Below, piece after piece: positions 60,801 through 64,000 of a stretch of 64,000 nucleotides of DNA. Both the position numbers and the translations under genes were made by a program. The stretch comes from Takakia lepidozioides (lineage: Eukaryota > Plantae > Bryophyta): NCBI GenBank assembly GCA_030704615.1, contig CM060732.1, positions 63,798,001-63,862,000 of the forward strand. The letters are read 5' to 3'. Positions within the stretch are counted from its first letter, which is position 1; each line of letters starts with the position of its first letter. Under the pieces are notes generated by a model, which saw only the letters and a list, made by a program, of their open reading frames with translations, was not told the origin of the DNA and did not search any database.

Positions 60801-63420
60801 ATCTCGCTCTTCCTCTCGACCCCGGACTGATGAGACGACACGCTCCGGTACGAGAGGACCACAGCCACGACGAGGCTCATCTCGATCTCCACGGTCTCGA
60901 TCTCGATCCCTCTCCTCAACACGTCTCGGTTCCCTGTCCTCCCGTCGTTCCCTGTCCTCATATTTCCAATGCTCTCTATCTTCCCTTTCTTTTCTTCCCG
61001 GATCTCGATCTTCCCCTCTCCGCTGTTCATTTCTTGAAGATTCGTGCCAACTGGGGCTATCATTATCCAGGTCGTCGTCAAATATATCGAATCGGCCTCT
61101 GCACAGCCATTGACCAGTAGCAATTGCCAGTTGAAGTCAATTATGCAAAGGAAACTGTGTAAGACAACCATGAAGCATGTCTTCAATTGACAATGAAAAG
61201 GAGAGCTATTTGTGGTCGGAAAAGCCAATGGCTATGCTTGTGAACCGATTCTCACAGACTTTCCCTACAATCCAGAAAATGATAGTTTGACCATACCAGA
61301 TCGGTCTCAGATTATGTTACTCACATATGCTTCGGCTCTTTTCTTCCAGGTGCTGGTCCAGATCTATGGGTAGGCAGAACACAGCAATGGTCAACTTTGA
61401 GCAACATCAGTCTTCCATACAATCTTCAGTGGAAACCACTTTATGAACTCGGCCAGTCGTTGGCAAACAGACTAGGTCTAGTGCTGATTAGTGAATGACT
61501 AGCTTCGATGTGGCATGCCAGTGGGGCATTTGCCGTTGAGTTGCAAGGCACAGTGGGGATAAGGCTAGTAGTCCCCAGACACAATCAACACAACACTGAA
61601 GATCAGACTAGAAAGATACGAGGAGAAAAGGAGTCCAATCCAGCACATAAGGTTATATTTTGTCACTTCCAAAACCATTTGAAAGAACCTATGATGAAGT
61701 TGACAATAGTAAAAATACTGTAAGGCAGTGTCCTCCATAAAATTCAGTATGCCTGCTTACAGCATGCACTGGATAAGCTTGCCTTGATTGCCACGCCCAA
61801 AAATGTGTGTTGACATATTTTAGTTCAAGAAGCTAGTTCAATGGTAGAAAGACAAAGCAACTACAAGCCCTCCCACTAGACTGGAGCATTGCAGAGGAAA
61901 GGCAACCAGGTAGTAGCGAAATAACAGACCGTCATGAAAAAATACAACGCTATAGATGGTCAAATAGAGAAATTCTCATACATGTGATCCACATTAACTT
62001 GCAACCAGATGTCAACATGCAATCCTACATTGTGTTGGGTGCACGTAGGTCTTACTTTGGACCATTCGCAGACTTAGATTGAGTAGGATTTGGCACAGGT
62101 CCTGATCGAGCCCTTGTTGCACGATCCCCAGCCTGTGAAGGCCCCCCACAACCCAAAACAATAGCAAAAGGGAGGAACTTCGTCAGTTTCTACAAAATCT
62201 GTCGCAATTTACCTCACAAAACTACCTGCCAGTCACCATTGCTTTATATGGATGACTACAGTCAGGGTTGTCTCAGAGTACTTACATCACTTGCTGTCTC
62301 GGGTTTTATGGAGTGACTGGCACCCGGCAGTTGAAACCTATCAGATGATGAATCGCGACTTAGGGTGGGTTGAGGGGATGGGGATAGAAACTGGGGGGAT
62401 GCATCAGCAGAGTCATCGCTCCCTGCAAGGCCATGTTGCTTTGACATCTCGTCATCATCTTTGAGAGTTTGAGGAGGTGTGTCATCATCATCTTGAATCT
62501 GCCAGCAGATAGTATATTAGTATAAGTGAATGGGAACATGGTGTGAAAATAATAGCGTGCATGTGGAGTTGCTCGTTCCTTCAGAACTCCCACATAAGAA
62601 CACACGGACACGCCGGTTTTTGTATCCTTTATGATGTTTGTTTTGAATGCATATTGTAGCCTGGAGAATCTGAGAAAACTTTTCTTACATAGTCAAGCTT
62701 TTCCTTGTGGGACATACGTATCATTCAAATGCACTAGCAACACCGAAGTCTAACGTGTGCGTGCATGTTCAACGTAATATACAATGTTGGGTACTTACTG
62801 CTGAAGAGTGTGCCATTTCTATGCAACAGTATTTGGCTATTTCCACTCTGTCAAAAGAACATCAACAACCGCATCCACAAGAACTGTAATCTCACCAAAG
62901 CTGCCTGGGACTTTAAATCCTCCACATTGAAATTCCAGCTGCTGACTCCTCTCTTGTACTCATTCTGTATGCAACCATGTTCCCAGGTAAGTCATACTAC
63001 CGGCATCAGCCCCTGACAAAGGTAGTTTCTGTCCCTTCGTGTTCCGCTCAAACTGGGCGCGGGGTCAATGGCCACAAGGCTACGGCAACCATGTTCCAAT
63101 AAATAAGTACCTTACTGAGAAGTTGTTAGCTTGTGGAAGCACAAAAGCATGATGAACAGATAGAAACTACTATAAGAGAGATTTCCATGCTCAACAAGAG
63201 TGATACACTGACAGAGCAGAGCACTGGCGAGATCAGTCTGCTACGTATTCATTGAAACAAGCTGAAGAGCACAATGGAAAAACTAAATAATAGCGGAATC
63301 ACTATTCATTGTTAATGCCAGTTGCTGAGATCACTAGGACACAACTGGCCACACCTGGGATCTCTCTTCCTGCTCGCCATAGGGCATTTTCTTCTGAGCA
63401 AGCCGGGCAGCATCCTTGAT
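54801..63420 (-). CDS. 3' (non-catalytic) exons of a STE20/MAP4K Fray/OXSR1-like Ser/Thr kinase; kinase domain lies right of the window
   Basis: Exons 63355-63420 IKDAARLAQKKMPYGEQEERSQ; 62896-62964 NEYKRGVSSWNFNVEDLKSQAAL; ~59341-59445 GPIVQRGRFSVTSDD; SDRERELLQQVTDLQ; VATLMEELQIVKRRN; last exon 54801-54884 LERQLNAIYNK...*. These match the C-terminal signature of plant MAP4Ks of this clade. Confidence 0.88.
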
Positions 63421-64000
63421 CTGTCACATGCGTATGTTAGTCCATAGCCATAGAGCATGCAGGACCCTGGGAAATATTTCCCAAAGCAAGAGTTTGTATG
63501 ATCAACCCAAGTCATTACCTGACTGGCCTTGAATCTGCCTAGCTCCCAAGCTCAGCTGAAGTCTGGTCATATCTAACTTAAACAAGTCTCTTCATGGAAG
63601 GTGGGTTGGTTCACGGTCACATGCATATGGTCTCTCAGTCCATATCCATACATCCACAGGGGTCCCAAGGGCCCACAGGATAAAGTAGGAACGCCTCATG
63701 CTGATATGCTACCAACGCATTTCTGATACTCGTAGTGCAACACCTCTGTGAAGGATTGGCTATCTCAGAGTAGACAATAGTATGTCCCCATCATAGTAGA
63801 ATGGACAGTGAAAGAAGAAATGTTCTTCAGTTTCAACTTGCCTCCTGTCAATGTGCAAGTGCCCCAGCGGTCAATGCACTGCAGGTTGTCCCATTTACCA
63901 GTCTCTATAGGCAGACTGTGGGAGCCTACCCATAAACCTTCCCAATGTCCTTAGAAGAGAGGGAAATACTGCTGCAGACAGGTAAATGGGCTGTAAGACC

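Overview
This is eukaryotic DNA with GT-AG introns and land-plant gene signatures. PLS-type PPR and OSB-type motifs suggest a non-seed plant (inference). Positions 1-43.5 kb are a nest of transposable elements, in order: (i) the 5' half of a minus-strand Ty3/Gypsy retrotransposon whose polyprotein carries a complete C5-cytosine DNA methyltransferase after gag and protease, inserted into (ii) an older Gypsy element; (iii) a CACTA/En-Spm element apparently split into a TnpD half (10.8-15.6 kb) and a TnpA-like half with an FCP1/NIF phosphatase domain (31.4-36.0 kb); (iv) an 11.3-kb Mutator-like element (15821-27158) with imperfect TIRs and a 9-10 bp TSD; (v) a Pack-CACTA (36368-41840, GAG TSD) filled with shuffled OSB/PPR gene fragments; and (vi) LINE and MITE remnants. 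The Mutator-like element is the standout candidate system. Divergently from its transposase it encodes a spliced ParB/Srx-domain plus beta-class N4C/N6A-type methyltransferase-fold gene whose introns hold about ten copies of a 20-bp palindrome. Positions 44-64 kb hold two convergent host genes: an apparently intact DNA topoisomerase II (TOP2) and the 3' half of a STE20/MAP4K (Fray/OXSR1-like) kinase. All domain calls come from motif recognition by eye; no database searches were run.
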